Shown: one piece after another, positions 25,280 through 37,279 of the stretch
Numbering within the stretch: the first letter of the stretch is position 1
Layout: every line of letters begins with the position of its first letter
Assembly (NCBI GenBank): GCA_036172245.1
Contig: JAYWIR010000010.1
Coordinates: 4,092,001-4,156,000, forward strand
DNA from: Raillietiella orientalis
Taxonomy: Eukaryota
DNA: 64,000 nt
Reading direction: 5' to 3'
Notes under the pieces: generated by a model
Seen by the model: only the letters and a program-made list of their open reading frames with translations
Told to the model about the DNA's origin: nothing
The model's database searches: none
Translations under genes and position numbers: made by a program

Positions 25280-27600
25280 ACATCCTCTCCGAGTGCTTCT
25301 TAGGAATTCCGGGGTCCTGGACCACTTCTTCGTTACCTGGATCCCAGACACTCAGTGAGCCGACGATGAGAGCATGCACCCTGCATTGCTTCTCCACTCT
25401 CGTAAATCTTTAGGTAGACGGGGATGGAGCACCACATTCTCTCGCAACCCCATCTGGAGCTTGAGGAATAGTTCTTTCTCGCACGAGTCCAGCGCACCGG
25501 TGGCCACAGGGAACCCCGACCGGTTGCACAGACAGACGTGGCTCTCTCTCCTGGACAACGCAAGAGCCGTACCCGCCAAGTGCTCGAGGCAGAGTCCTGT
25601 CCTCTAGGACATGGGCAAAGTTGATCCTCCTCGATCCAACTGCGCAGGTGCGCGGAGCGATCACGACACCTGCAGATGACCACGGCGGTACAAGAACCTC
25701 CTCCAGCTTATCTCTCGCGGGATCCCTCAACCTATCGACGGCGTGGGTGAGGCACTCCACGAGGTGGCACGAGAAGCACCCGAATTCATTCAGTACCCGG
25801 CTGACCTTACAGCGTAACCTGCCGAACGTCCTTCCCAGTGAAATCGTCCCGGCGAACTTTGCACCCTCCGAAGATCGACGGAATTCCTCGCACGCCCGAG
25901 AGCGGATTTCGCAAACATGCGCGGATGCACGAGGCTGGCGGGGAAGCGAGACGGGAAGCACGTGCGCGCGCGAAGGAAGGAAGGAAAACGAAAAATAAAC
26001 TTCGAGGAGAGCTCAAATCCAAATGATGCACCCCGAGGTGCGGTCCAGGATGAGATGGCAGCTTACGAAAGACTGCGTCCGGGATACAAAGGAATCAACT
26101 GGGAACCCTGCCGATTCTCCCGCGCGCGTGCAGGAGCAACGCGGGAGCGTGAGAAGCAGAGAAAGCGCCTGGGGCACTTTGAACTTTCGATCCTTCAGAG
26201 TCGCCTCCTCACTGCTGGACTGGCCTTTTCCAGGCCCAAGCGGGAGAGGTGCCCTGCTGGTGCCCTTAATAGCCGAAGCGTCAGCACAGATTTTCGGGCG
26301 GCTTGCGCATACCCACCATCGCTTCCGGATGGTGCTGTGAGCTGCCGAAGAGCGTCACACCACTATCTGGACCAGAATGGGGATGAATCTGCGACCATGG
26401 CCGATTCTCAGAGAGCTCAGCGTTTCCCAGTGCTCCCAGAGGTGGCGGCGCCGCGAAGGAGGCGAAGGCGAAGGGGGAGCTTCAAAAAGCCATGAAGGTG
26501 GCCTGTCGGTCGCACCGCCGCCCTCCAGGCTCGTCCGGAACGCGCCTTCCCTGCCGGTGCTTCTCGGGGAGGCCGGGCCCGTCCGCGGCTGCGGCAGCGT
26601 CGGCTGGAGAGCAGCAGCGGAAGAGCCGTCCACCTGCGCCGCCTGCTGTCTCGCTCGCGAGGCGCCCGAAGGTGAAGCGGCGAGGGCGGCGGCGGCAGAG
26701 GAGGGACGGACGTGCCCTGGTCGCCTGCAGGGCGAACCGGCAGCAGGGTCGCCTCGCCAGCGGGGGAGGAGGAGGGGCGAGAAGTAGCACGGAGTCATGA
26801 GCAAAGTCAGGCCGCCGAAGCCTTTGCTCAGCAACCGTTCGGGACGGCCGCGGGGCCACTCCGGGGCGAGCATCGCGGACCGTGCGCCGCGATCGCTGGC
26901 GACGCAGGCGGCAAGGGTCTCCGCAAGCAGCGCCCGTCCAGTGCGCCGCGCCCGCCTTCCCGGCACGCGAAAATCGGCGTGCCTGGCTTACACGCTTCCG
27001 CTTCCTTCCCGTCTGAACGAGGGTAGCCGAGCGCGCACGCTCCTTGCTCGTGCGTCTCCCGCGCCCGAGCAAGGATCCGACAGTCGGGGCACGGGTTCCT
27101 CTTCCTGGATCCGAGCGTCGGGGTCGCCGGAAAAAAAAAAAAGAATCAACTGTTTATTCGACTCTCCTTCCCGGGAAGAGTTTTTCTTTGCGCTGAACCA
27201 CCCTATGTCTAAGACCTATGTCTTCCGTGCATCCCGCAAGATTACTAAGAGATGCCTCGGCGGACTGCAGCGGCTTCGTGCTGGAATTCGCAGCAGGCGG
27301 AAGCGCCACTCTCGATAGACGGAAGCGCAGCGGCTTGCTGGCAGCCCTCCCTGCCCGAGAGGGATGCGTCCTCAGTCCCCGTAGGCAACGGTCCGGCTTG
27401 TCCGTCCGTGAATCGTGGTGGATGACGGCCAGCTGCCTGCGCCCGTCGCCAGCACGGCTGATCGTCCGCTCTTTGACGCAACTCTCCGGACTGAGAGATC
27501 CATCGGAACGGGTTTGGTCCGCTGTTTTGAGCCTACTGATCGCCTATGAGCTGTTGCCACCGCTGGATGTCTTCCTCTCCCCCCTATAAGCCACCCTCCC
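25280..27600 (-). mobile_element. Degenerate R2-superfamily retrotransposon B
   Basis: RSATLVQ (~27030), GAFRTSLEG (~26545), LFGSSQH (~26350, cf. AFDSVSH), RQGSQLIPL (~26110), MFAKSAL (~25915) and APDG..GAP (~25460) occur in RT order. Confidence 0.55.
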
Positions 27601-30600
27601 ACCCTCCTCTCTCAATCTCTCTTCTGTGCTGAATGGATAGATGTTTGTTTATCACTATCTCTACGTTGAACTAACAAAACCAAGGTTGCCCCGTCGTGGT
27701 ATCCTTGAAGTGAGATGCGTTGATCCAACACGAGAAGACTTTCAACACGGGAATCCCGAACTCCGTGACGAAGCTGCGCGACTCCCGGTCCAGAGACCCG
27801 CTCTGGGGCTCCTTCTCGTACGTGCCTGAGGCCGGACGGCAGTCTTTTGGGTTATTCCATTGCTGGCAATCGTCAGCATTGGACCAGTGGAAGGGAATGG
27901 ATTCTGGAAAGCGCTCGTTATTTGGATCTCGCTTCCTTGTAATCGAAGTTCTTGAAGCAGCGTCTCATCCATGGCTGTCGCTTCTTCCTGCTGGAGGATG
28001 GTTCCAGTTTTATTGAAGGAGCTTCCAGCTAGTCGGCCACCCACAGTGTAGTGTGTGCCGGAAGCAAGCTTTTAAAGGAGTCCTCGTTGGCGGCCGCGTG
28101 GCTGCGATGTTGGGGTTGCGGGTCCGCCAGCGCCTTCCATGAAATCCGCCGAGATGGGGGGAGGGGAGGAGCATGGAGTGCTCAGCAACTCGACGCCCGG
28201 TCCCGCCTTTCGGATAGACGCTAACCTAAAACGAGACGTGCGCGAACATGCGACTCGACCTTCCTCGCATCCCTGTATCGGGCGGACTCGAAATCCAGCC
28301 CTCGGGGGCGGATGACGATGATTTCGCCGGCTCCGTCGTCGTGCTGTCGCTCTTTTCAAGAAGAGGAAGAGGACGAGGAGGAGGAAGGGAGGAGGAGGAA
28401 GAAGAAAGCAGTGGAAACAGTGGACTGAAAAAAGGCGGAGCTGGAGCTTCCGACTCCGCTGCCAGCTTTCGTGGTTCGTTCCACGTCGAGCCCAAAGCGA
28501 CCCCGTATCCCGCGGTGCATCCAACGTTCCGGGCTCCAGGCACTTCCACTTCACGCCTTCCGAGGTTTCCCTATGGTCCCGACCCTTTGCTCAACCTGGA
28601 GCGGCTCCGCTCGATTTTTCCGTCGTCCCTCGGAATTCCCGCAAGCCCGAACGGCTCGATCATGATCTCCCGATTCGCACCCTGGGCGCGCTGTCGCAGC
28701 AGCCGTTGAGGAGATTTTCTCTCTCTCTCCCTCCTTCCTTATTCCCACTCTCCCTCCAATTGCCGTCGGAGAGTGTCTCTGCGCTTCGGCGAGTTCACCA
28801 CCCACTGACCAACGTCGACCCCCATGGATTCTGTCTCGTAACTCCCTGAATCTCTATGGAGCTCTCATTCCCCCAGTCCCGAAAGTGAACAGCTGTGGCT
28901 TGTAAATTCCCACTGCAGAGGTGCTCTGCCCGCAGGACCGGTCAAAAGTTTCAGACGGTAAGGACCTCGCCGCTTCCCTGATTCCTCACTCTTTCGTCAA
29001 GGGCGGTTGGCTCAGACAAAAGCCACGAGCGGACTAAAGTTCCGAGAGTCGCGTTGCCACCTTTCAACTTTTGTGCTGACAGTTTCCGTCGACTCAATTT
29101 CTCCACGGGATGCAAGGAGGCAGGCTCTTCTCTGTGCATCAGTTTGGTCCCCATTCGATGTCTTCTCTCTGATTGAGTTCCTCGGGTGTGGCTCCTTCTC
29201 TTGCAGAGCGAAGATCTCGGACGCCGTCCGGAAAAGTTCTTCGTGCCTATGAGACCGACGGTTGACACGCTGTAATCCCAGGAGACGAATGAATTAGAAG
29301 ACGGCTGAGCGAATCCGAACGCCTGAACGGGCGACAGACGCTGACGTCATCCGAAAAGGGAGGTCACCTTCCTTCTTCCCATCAGTGGCACCGCGCCACC
29401 CGTGGAAAGAAATATCGTCTTGGGCATCATGACCATCCAAAAGACTGGTGCAGTTCCGACTTTTGACCCTTTGTGGCAAATTGTGGACCTGTCATCGGAG
29501 TGCTCCGTCACTCCACATCCTTCGGCGATGCGCTAGAGGCGCAGGACTTCTTCCGCTGCTGCCGCGCAACCCACGTAGGGTGACTGGATTCGGCTACTCG
29601 CTGAGGCATCTGTCCTCACTTTTGGCAGCTCACCCGTGGATCTCCCGCCTCTCCAAAAGCTGGAGCACCTGGAGGCAGGAGACGCTGGAGTCCAGGGTGG
29701 CCGCTGTGGAAGTGCTCCCAGAGGAACTGCGTCCGCTGCGGGGAACTCCCATGCAAACCGCTGAGAGACCTTCTGCAGGAGTGGACGCAGTGGTCCCGCA
29801 TAGCCGTCACACCCCTTGCCGCCGCGCACCGTCTGCCCTCAGGGCAAACGATGACAGCAGCCGAACCGGCGGGGCGGCAATTGTTCTGCACCATTGCAGG
29901 AGTCGAGAAACTCCTCGACGGCTGCAAAACGAGCGAGCTGGTGAGCGCCGCCGCTCCTCGTTCCCGGTCAAAGGAACTCCTCCTTCGGTGGAGCTCGCTG
30001 TGACCCCCGAAGAACTCGCGGTCCCTTCCCTGAGTGCGGACACCTCACCGCGGTGGAAACTACAGGATGTTCCTGCCGCCGTTTCTGCGCTGGGGATTTC
30101 GGTGCAACCGACGCAGGCGCCCGCCTGCTTTCCAGAAGAGTTGCCTCGCCGAACTGTCCTCTCCCGCTGGACTGCAGTGCCTTGGAGGACATGTGACGCA
30201 ACATGGGCGTCATGGTGACAGCCCTCCACGTGTTGAAGTTACGTTCGCAGCGAAGGGAGGCCGCCATCATGGCAGCCGTCTTCGTGAGGACAGCTGCAAG
30301 GTGTCTCATGTGCCACAGGTCGTCAGCGACCCCGCCACCGTACAGGGCTGCTTTTAGAAGGAAAGGAACACCTTTAACCAAAGACCCCTGTCCTTACTCT
30401 CCCGTCTTTTTTTTTTTTTTATTGATTGTCCCCTCACTTCGTTCCCTACTTTTATAGGAGTCGGCCTACGTGCCGATGGTCATCCCCAATGAACTTTTGC
30501 TTTGTTTTTTTTCTTTTGGCATCTTTTGTATTCCGGGGACGCCGTTCCCCTCTGACTTGTGGTTTATTTTTTAAAATAAATGTCCCGGCGTCAGCTGGTA

Positions 30601-33015
30601 AAAACGTTTCTTGTTTAGGAACTGAAATCAGGGCCTCAAACCCGAGAAGACAGTCGTCATGTGCTCCAGAGGGAGAGAGTCCTCCAGCCGAGCCTCCGTA
30701 GGTTGAATCCGCGTGCATATCGCTGCTGCCCTGCTGACCAGTCTTCCTTCCTTGAGGTCTGCATTGCCCTCCAGCACGCCTTCTCCCCGAGGATCGACTC
30801 CGAATATGAGCTCGGGAAATGTTGCAGAGGCCGACTTGGGCATTAGCATGGGGAGCAACTTCTTCCAGCCGGTGCATTCTTTTCTTTCCTTCCAAGTATC
30901 TTCGCCTCGATGGCACGCTGAAGGTCGAACGGGGCTTCTCTAGAGTGATTGCACCAATTGACCCGCGCGACGCCGGGCGTTCCGCATCACCTAACCCATG
31001 GTGACGTCACCCGAAGCGGGGACTTTCCTTCCTCCTGCCGCGGTCTCGAATCAGGCTCTGTCCTTGTCGAAGATCACGCAACACGCGCCCATTGATTCGG
31101 ATGGGTTCTTGGTCACAAGTGCAATGCGTTCCTGCACGCCCTGGTACTTTCTCTCCGTTCGCCACCGTCTTCGCATTCCTTTTTTGCTTGTTTGTTTTCT
31201 TCTTCCTTCTTCCTCCTTCTTCTTCTCTCTATCCAACGCACTGTTATCAGCAAGCGGAATTCCAAGATATTTGCACAGAGTGTTCCTCGATTTTCCTCTT
31301 GGAGCTAGACAACGCTCCCGGGGGAAAATCACCTTATGCACCGGGAAGGGCCGGAGCTCAGAAGAGGTGGAGCGGCGCAAGAAATTCCAGTAATTTCCTT
31401 GTTTTCCCTGCTCACAACGTGCGCGCGTGCGGGGGGGGGGGGAGGTCCGCGAGCAGCACCGAAAGGAATGCCACCCTCGCTTGACTTCTTGCACTACCCG
31501 CACCCGGCACGGAAACCGCACTCTGGGGCGAGAGGCAGCTCGAGGCAGCCGGCGGACGTGGCAGCGCGGCCTTGCCGGCAGCTCTGCTTGGTTTTTCCCC
31601 GTCTCCACGTGTGCCTCCGCTCGGCAAGCCAGCCAGCCCGTGCGGGATTCCTGGCGGCACGCTGCTTTCCCGACGAGGATGGCGCGCATCCCGACCGTAT
31701 CCGGTTTCACGGAGACGTGCTCCCAGAGAGGACGTTGCGCAGAGCAGGTCTCCCTGGCAAGGTGGTTGTCCCAGCCCGCGCTTCACCCCCGGCAGCCGAC
31801 AGAGGGGGTTCCACCCTCCCACCTTGCGGAGCAGCAGGGATGCGAGGACATCCACATCCCGCGCGCGGCGCAGCACGTGGGAAAATCAAAGATCCCGAAG
31901 ATCGCGTGCGCCGCCGCCTCGAGGCGCTCGGAATGCGACGAGTGTAGCAGCCAGCACCGCACGGGTCCCCCGTCAGCCGAAACGCGGCCGTGCCGAAAGC
32001 AGCGCTTCGTGTCAGGGAAAGCGCCCGGGAGTTCGCGCTGATGGGGGGTCTCCAAAATTCCAACAGAAAGGCATGCGCCCGCCCCCGCTATGCGGGTGTC
32101 GAACGTGGAGGTCCCTTCTATATTTTCCGCTCTCTCCGAACATCCTGCTGAAAAGAACGAGGAAGTCGTCCAAAGCAGCGGTGCCTTCGGTGCAACACGC
32201 AGAGCCAACCGGTTGGTCAGCAAAAGAAAGCCGAAGAGACAGCTGATCCTTTTTTTTACTTTTTTTTTTTTCCGGCGACCCCGAAGCATGGATCCAGGAA
32301 GCGGGACCCGTGCCCTACGTGTCGGACCCGTGCTCGCGCTCAGAAGACGCACGCGCACGGAGCGTGCGCGCTCGGCTACCCTCGTTCAGACGGGAAGGAA
32401 GCGGAAGCGTGTAAGCCAGGCACGCTGATTTTCGCGTGCCGGGAAGGCGGGCGCGGCGCACTGGACGGGCGCTGCTTGCGGAGACCCTTGCCGCCTGCGT
32501 CGCCAGCGATCGCGGCGCGCGGTCCGCGATGCTCGCCCCGGAGCGGCCTCGCGGCCGTCCCGAACGGTTGCTGAGCAAAGGTTTCTGCGGTCGGTTCCTC
32601 CCGGGAATGAGGGTTCTCCGGGGCGCGCGCGAGCGCCCCCTCGAAGCGTCCTCGTCGCGGACTAGAGCGGCCCCAGCTGTTCCCCCGCGAGGGAGCTCCC
32701 CCTCCCATTCCTGTCCGCACCCCCTTGCGGCAGCGGCGGCCCACGCGCCCCTCCTCTCCCGCTGGCGAGGCGACCCTGCTGCCGGTTCGCCCTGCAGGCG
32801 ACCAGGGCACGTCCGTCCCTCCTCTGCCGCCGCCACCCTCGCCTTCCGGCGCCTCGCGAGCGAGACCAGCAGAGGCACAGGTCGACGGCTCTTCCGCTGC
32901 TGCTCTCCAGCCGATGCTGCCGCAGCCGCTGCCGGGCCCGTCCGCGGCCTCCCCGAGAAGCACCGGCAGGGAAGGCGCGTTCCGAGCAAGCCTGGAGGGC
33001 GGCGGTGCGACCGAC
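26505..33015. repeat. Long inverted repeat: arms ~26505-27165 and ~32230-33015
   Basis: The arms are direct reverse complements. Both give identical antisense peptides, e.g. MPGRRARRTGRALLAETLAACVASDRGARSAMLAPE. Arm 2 has an extra ~130 nt around 32590-32750. Confidence 0.9.
27700..30650 (-). mobile_element. Degenerate R2-superfamily retrotransposon E
   Basis: LRCERNFNTWRAV (C2H2-like, ~30255-30220) and RRQEHP, PKEEFL (ZF/Myb-like). Weaker RT remnants lie at 28940-28150. The segment 29830-30590 is homologous to 24560-25270. Confidence 0.6.
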
Positions 33016-35900
33016 ACGACACGCGCGCGGCTTCTTGGCGCGCCTCCCCCCCACCTCCCCCGCCTTCTTTGCCTCCTTCGCGGCGCCGCCGCCTGTGTTC
33101 CGAGGGTCCCGGTGGTGGTCGGAGGGGCTGCGCGAGCGACGACTCTCTCTGGGGACGGAGAAAAAGGTGGAGTGTGTACGACGGCGACGGCCAGTCCACA
33201 CTCAGAGAGAGGAGGAAAGGGGAATAGGATGAAAAGCAGGAAAGGCGAGATGGAGATGGCGGAGTGGAAGTCAAGGGCGGTTGCCAAGGGCGACGGCGGC
33301 GAGTAAATGCGCTGGGCCGACGAACAGTCTGCCTGACAACAACACCCGATAAGGAGATGCTCGCGTACGCCCTCCACCTCCTCCTCCTTCTCTCCCGTTC
33401 TCCCGTGATCCATCCAGAGTCCGCTTGCGTGTTTACTCGGAGAAGAGAGGAGACGAGGCGAGGCTTCCGCAAGGGCGCGGCTCGCTCACCCGCCCGTCCT
33501 AGCAACACGCGCGCGAACTTCCTTTTCTTCTTCTTCTTCCCTTTTATCTCTCAGGACCGATAGGAACGCGAGGAACGCGAAACGATTTCTGGGGAAAAGG
33601 AGGGAAAGAGGAGGAGGAACGCACACGTTTGCCCTCACGAGAGATCGGGTGGCAGGGAGGCGGGGAGTCCCGAGGACGGACTCCCCCCGAGTCCCAGAAA
33701 CAAGGAGGCCTCCCGGGACGTCGCTGCTTTCAGGAGGCGCTCGCAGCGACCCCGGGTCGGGTGGTCTCTCTCACACCCTGTGGGCTGGACCCGGAGGCGG
33801 AAATCCCGGAGAAAAGGCCAGGTGTCCCTTTGAGCGGACCGGAGGTGGCGGCGGCAGCCGCAGGGAGGTCGCCACGCTCCGAGGGAGCGCGGATGTTCCG
33901 AGCCGAGGGATGATGGCCTCAGAAAGGCAGGGTAACGTAGTCGCTCCTCGCCAGGTCCCGGACTTCCCCTTCGTCTTTGCCTCGACAGGACCCGAACGCT
34001 AGGTCCCCACTCCCGGAAGCGCGACACGCGAGAACTCTCCCTTTTCTCCCTCAGGAGGGCCGGCACGGCCCGGAGCCTCCTTGGCTGAGGGACGGGGAGG
34101 AGGTGGGACTCGCCGCCGCCGGATGACGTCACCGAGGATGCGCACATCCTCTCAGTCGCGCCATCCCTTCCTCACGGCAAGGATGTTAAGGCCGACCTTG
34201 GTCAATGCGGCTGCCTGCGGGCTTTTGGGGACGGCTGCGCTCCCCCTGTATCCTCCGGAGTCACCTACCCCCTTCCTCTTCTTCCTCCTCCTCCTCCCTA
34301 TCGTCATCACCATCGTCGTCGTCGCCCTCTAGAGTGGGGCGCCGCAAGGCATCTCCGACCTTCCTTCCTCCCCCATGCATGCTAGAAGGCACCAGTCTGT
34401 CCTGGGGAAAAGGTTCACCAGGAAGCGCCAGAGATCCAGGCGGTCCACGCTCGTACGGATGTCTCCGAAGTCGCGTCAACCCTTCGGGCTCCGCCCGCGG
34501 AGGACAACAAGCTCGCAGCGCTCGCTTGGCGGGGGGGGAAGGACGGAGGGAGGAAGAGGCGACTGGGGATATCGCACCTGAGGTTGCGCTTTCTCCGAGA
34601 AACACTCGAGTTCCTTCCGGCGGGACTCTCCTCAAGATCGAACGAGGAAGAGGACCCGGGATCGGAGACAGTCGGGGGGAGACACAGGGAAGGAAGCTGC
34701 GAAGAACCCCAAGTCCCAGACAGATGGACCCGGCGGATCGGGAAGGGAGGCTTCCCAAATGGCCCTCGGTTGCCAAGGAGACGGGAGCATCCCCATGGTA
34801 ACCGAGAGCGATCGTAGTTCCAGCAAGGGTGCAGCATGGGAGGAGCTGAAAGAGGAAGAAGGAAAGGTCTCACGGACCAGTGAGCCCTTCGGAAGGCGAG
34901 AAAGCTCCTCGCAGAGGTCGGGCCGACTGCTCCCGCCGGCGGCGATGGCTCCTTCCATTGGCAGGGAAAGGGGAATGCAGGCCACGTCTCTGGACCCGGC
35001 GGCACCGACGGGCCAGGGCCCTGAGGAATCCTGTCCGACAACCATCCTCTCCGACGTACTAGGCAAGCGGAGTGGTCCCGCTCGCCCGAAGGGTGAGAGG
35101 GTCACGCGCCACTTCCCGGGTGGTGCCCAGGGTCAGACAGCCCAGTGGAGGGAGCCGTCTCGCAGCCGGACGACGACCTTACCGCGCGATGACCTCACGA
35201 CGCCTCTTCCACGACTGCCGCATTCGATCCTCCTCCTCCTCTCTCCCTGTCCCCTCACGGCAACGGTGACCAACCGCCATCTCGTAGCTACTGAACACTT
35301 CCTGGGGGGTGGGGGCACATCAGCCCACCCTGGACTGGGACTGGCTCGGGAAGTCCCCAAGTCCTCCTTGCCCGCGGGGAGCGCAAAAGCGGTCTCACGT
35401 GACTGCAGGTCGCGCGGGGAGGAGGAGGGCCGGAGTCTCCACCGACCCGTCGCGCCCTTGCTCGCTCTTCACCCGTCCCTTCCTCCGCCGGTCTATCTCC
35501 CCGGATCCAGCGTGACGGTAGATCTCCCGGAGCGGGAAATCGACCCTTCCCCCCTCTCCTCTCCGAGGGAGGAGGGGGAAGAGGGTGAGCGGTAGACGAA
35601 CTTTCCGTCTTGGGACGCGCCCCCGCATTTTGGAAGGGACCCATTTCGGAAGGGGCAGGTTCCAAAGATCCGCCGATAAACGGAGGGCTCTCATTGGCTC
35701 CGCGGCCGCTCGCCCGTTCTGCTCGGCAGGGAGGAAAGGGAGTTTCCCCCTCCCCCCTCCTTCCCTCTCCCGACCCGCTATCTCCCCTGAGCAAACATTC
35801 CTGGAAGAGCACTGCCCCTCCTCCCCTCTCCTCCTCCGTCCGAGCAGAGATTACTCGGCTCACGCCCACCGGCCCTTCCGCGCCATGCCCCGCGAAGAAA
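31400..35900 (+). mobile_element. Near full-length but degenerate R2-superfamily retrotransposon C
   Basis: ECDEC (~31931), ERHAPA (~32065, cf. HERHxHP), KNEEVVQ..NRLVSKRKPKRQLI (Myb-like), RT N-terminal part at 32350-33010, RLGISHL (~34560), H..GWCP (~35110-35130), VTVDL (~35512) and LGTR (~35610). Confidence 0.6.
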
Positions 35901-37097
35901 CCCCCCTGGCGCGCGCCCCCACGCCTGCGGGAAGGAGGGGGAGCTGCTTCGCCTCACCCACCCCTCTCTCCGACCTTCCACTTCCCCATCCCCGTCGCCA
36001 GGGAGGCAAACACCCCCTGTGAGCACTCGCGAATCTCCCCGCCGGCCTTGCCCCTCGGAAGGAGGCGTCCCTTCCCTCCTGACTCGCCTCCCAGAGATCC
36101 GCAAACCCCAGGGGCCGATTCCAGGAGTCCTCCCCATCGACCCTGCCGGGCACCTGTGTGCAGGGGGAGCCAACGGCATCGAAGGAGTTCGCTACCGCCC
36201 CTCACACCTTGTTTCCACGGCCATGAGGGGAGAGAGCAGGGGGATCCCTCACACACATACCCTCCCTCCCCTCCCCGAATAGCCTTCCTGTCTTAGAGGA
36301 GCTACTCTTCCCTTCCGCATGGCGAGACGCCGCTTCGGGACTCCTACTCCCCCTCCACATCACCACCGCCCGCTCATGCGCTGCGGCGCCCTGAAGAGCA
36401 GGTCGCAGCGCCCGGAGATGCACCCCCAGGACGATCGCCGCCGTCGTGGCGTTTCTCCGCACGAGGCGAGCTCCCCGCTGCCGCCGCAGCTTGGCGCTGG
36501 CGTCGTCGGCCTTTTTCGGAGCGAAGGAGCCTCGCCGGAAGAAACCCCTCGGGGCAGCCAGCCACGCCGAAGAAGGTAGCGGGACGGCTGCTCCACTCGG
36601 ATCGGAGGGGAGGAGCAGCGCATCGCCAGGACCGCCAGCAGAGAGCAGGAGGCTGCAGGGCGCCGCCGCCCTCTTCCGTTCATCCACTCATCTCCATGCA
36701 TGCGTCGCCTCCCTTCCCTTGCAGCGTTCCCCGCTTCGCGTCCCGCTAACCCGCTCCCTCCTGCCGGAGACTCCCAGATCCCGCGAGAAGATCGAGAAGC
36801 CAGATCCCTCCCTACCCGTGCGCGCTTCCTCAACCAAGCGGGTGCCACCAGGCTGCACCGGGTGGCTCGCCGTCTCCACCACCATTCCCCCTCCTCCCCC
36901 TCGAAAATTCTTCAGGAGGAACGGGATGGGCGGCAGCGAGCCGAGGAGGACAGGAGGAGGAAGAAGGAACGAGGCCTCCCCCGTCGACGGCGGTGACCCC
37001 CCCCTTCCCATCTTTTCCCCTCCATGACTCCAAGAGGAAGCTGGCGGACTCGCCTGTCACGAAGAGGCTTAAATGCGAGGACTCCCCAGGAGTGCGC

Positions 37098-37230
37098 TGC
37101 TGCATCTGCCCCAAGGAGGAGGCATCCTGCGTGCTGCTGGAGTGCGGCCGACTAATCACCTGCACAGGAGCTGCTCGAAGAGGCTGAAGAAGTGTCTCAC
37201 TTGAATGAGGCCGCACGGTCCTGGTGTGCT
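37098..37230 (+). pseudogene. RING-HC (C3HC4_3; RNF34/RFFL/IAP-type) E3 ligase fragment, degenerate
   Basis: CCICPKEEASCVLLECGRLITCT, then after a frameshift CSKRLKKCLT*. This matches the pattern C.IC......CVLLECGH..TC..C.K.L..CP.C, with His changed to Arg, a frameshift and a final Cys-to-stop change. Confidence 0.7.
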
Positions 37231-37279
37231 GATAAACCATGACCCCGTCGGGAAAAAAAAAAAAAAAAAACATTCTCCA

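Noticed and set aside
32315..33508. Long ORFs (397, 345 and 263 aa, and similar ones across 26-37 kb) as genes
   Set aside because: They are overlapping R/P/A/G-rich frames on both strands, expected from stop-poor high-GC DNA. The real motifs jump between frames.
36300..36900. BIR domain upstream of the RING relic
   Set aside because: Only a vague PQDD..SP resemblance; the Cys/His ligands are not recoverable.
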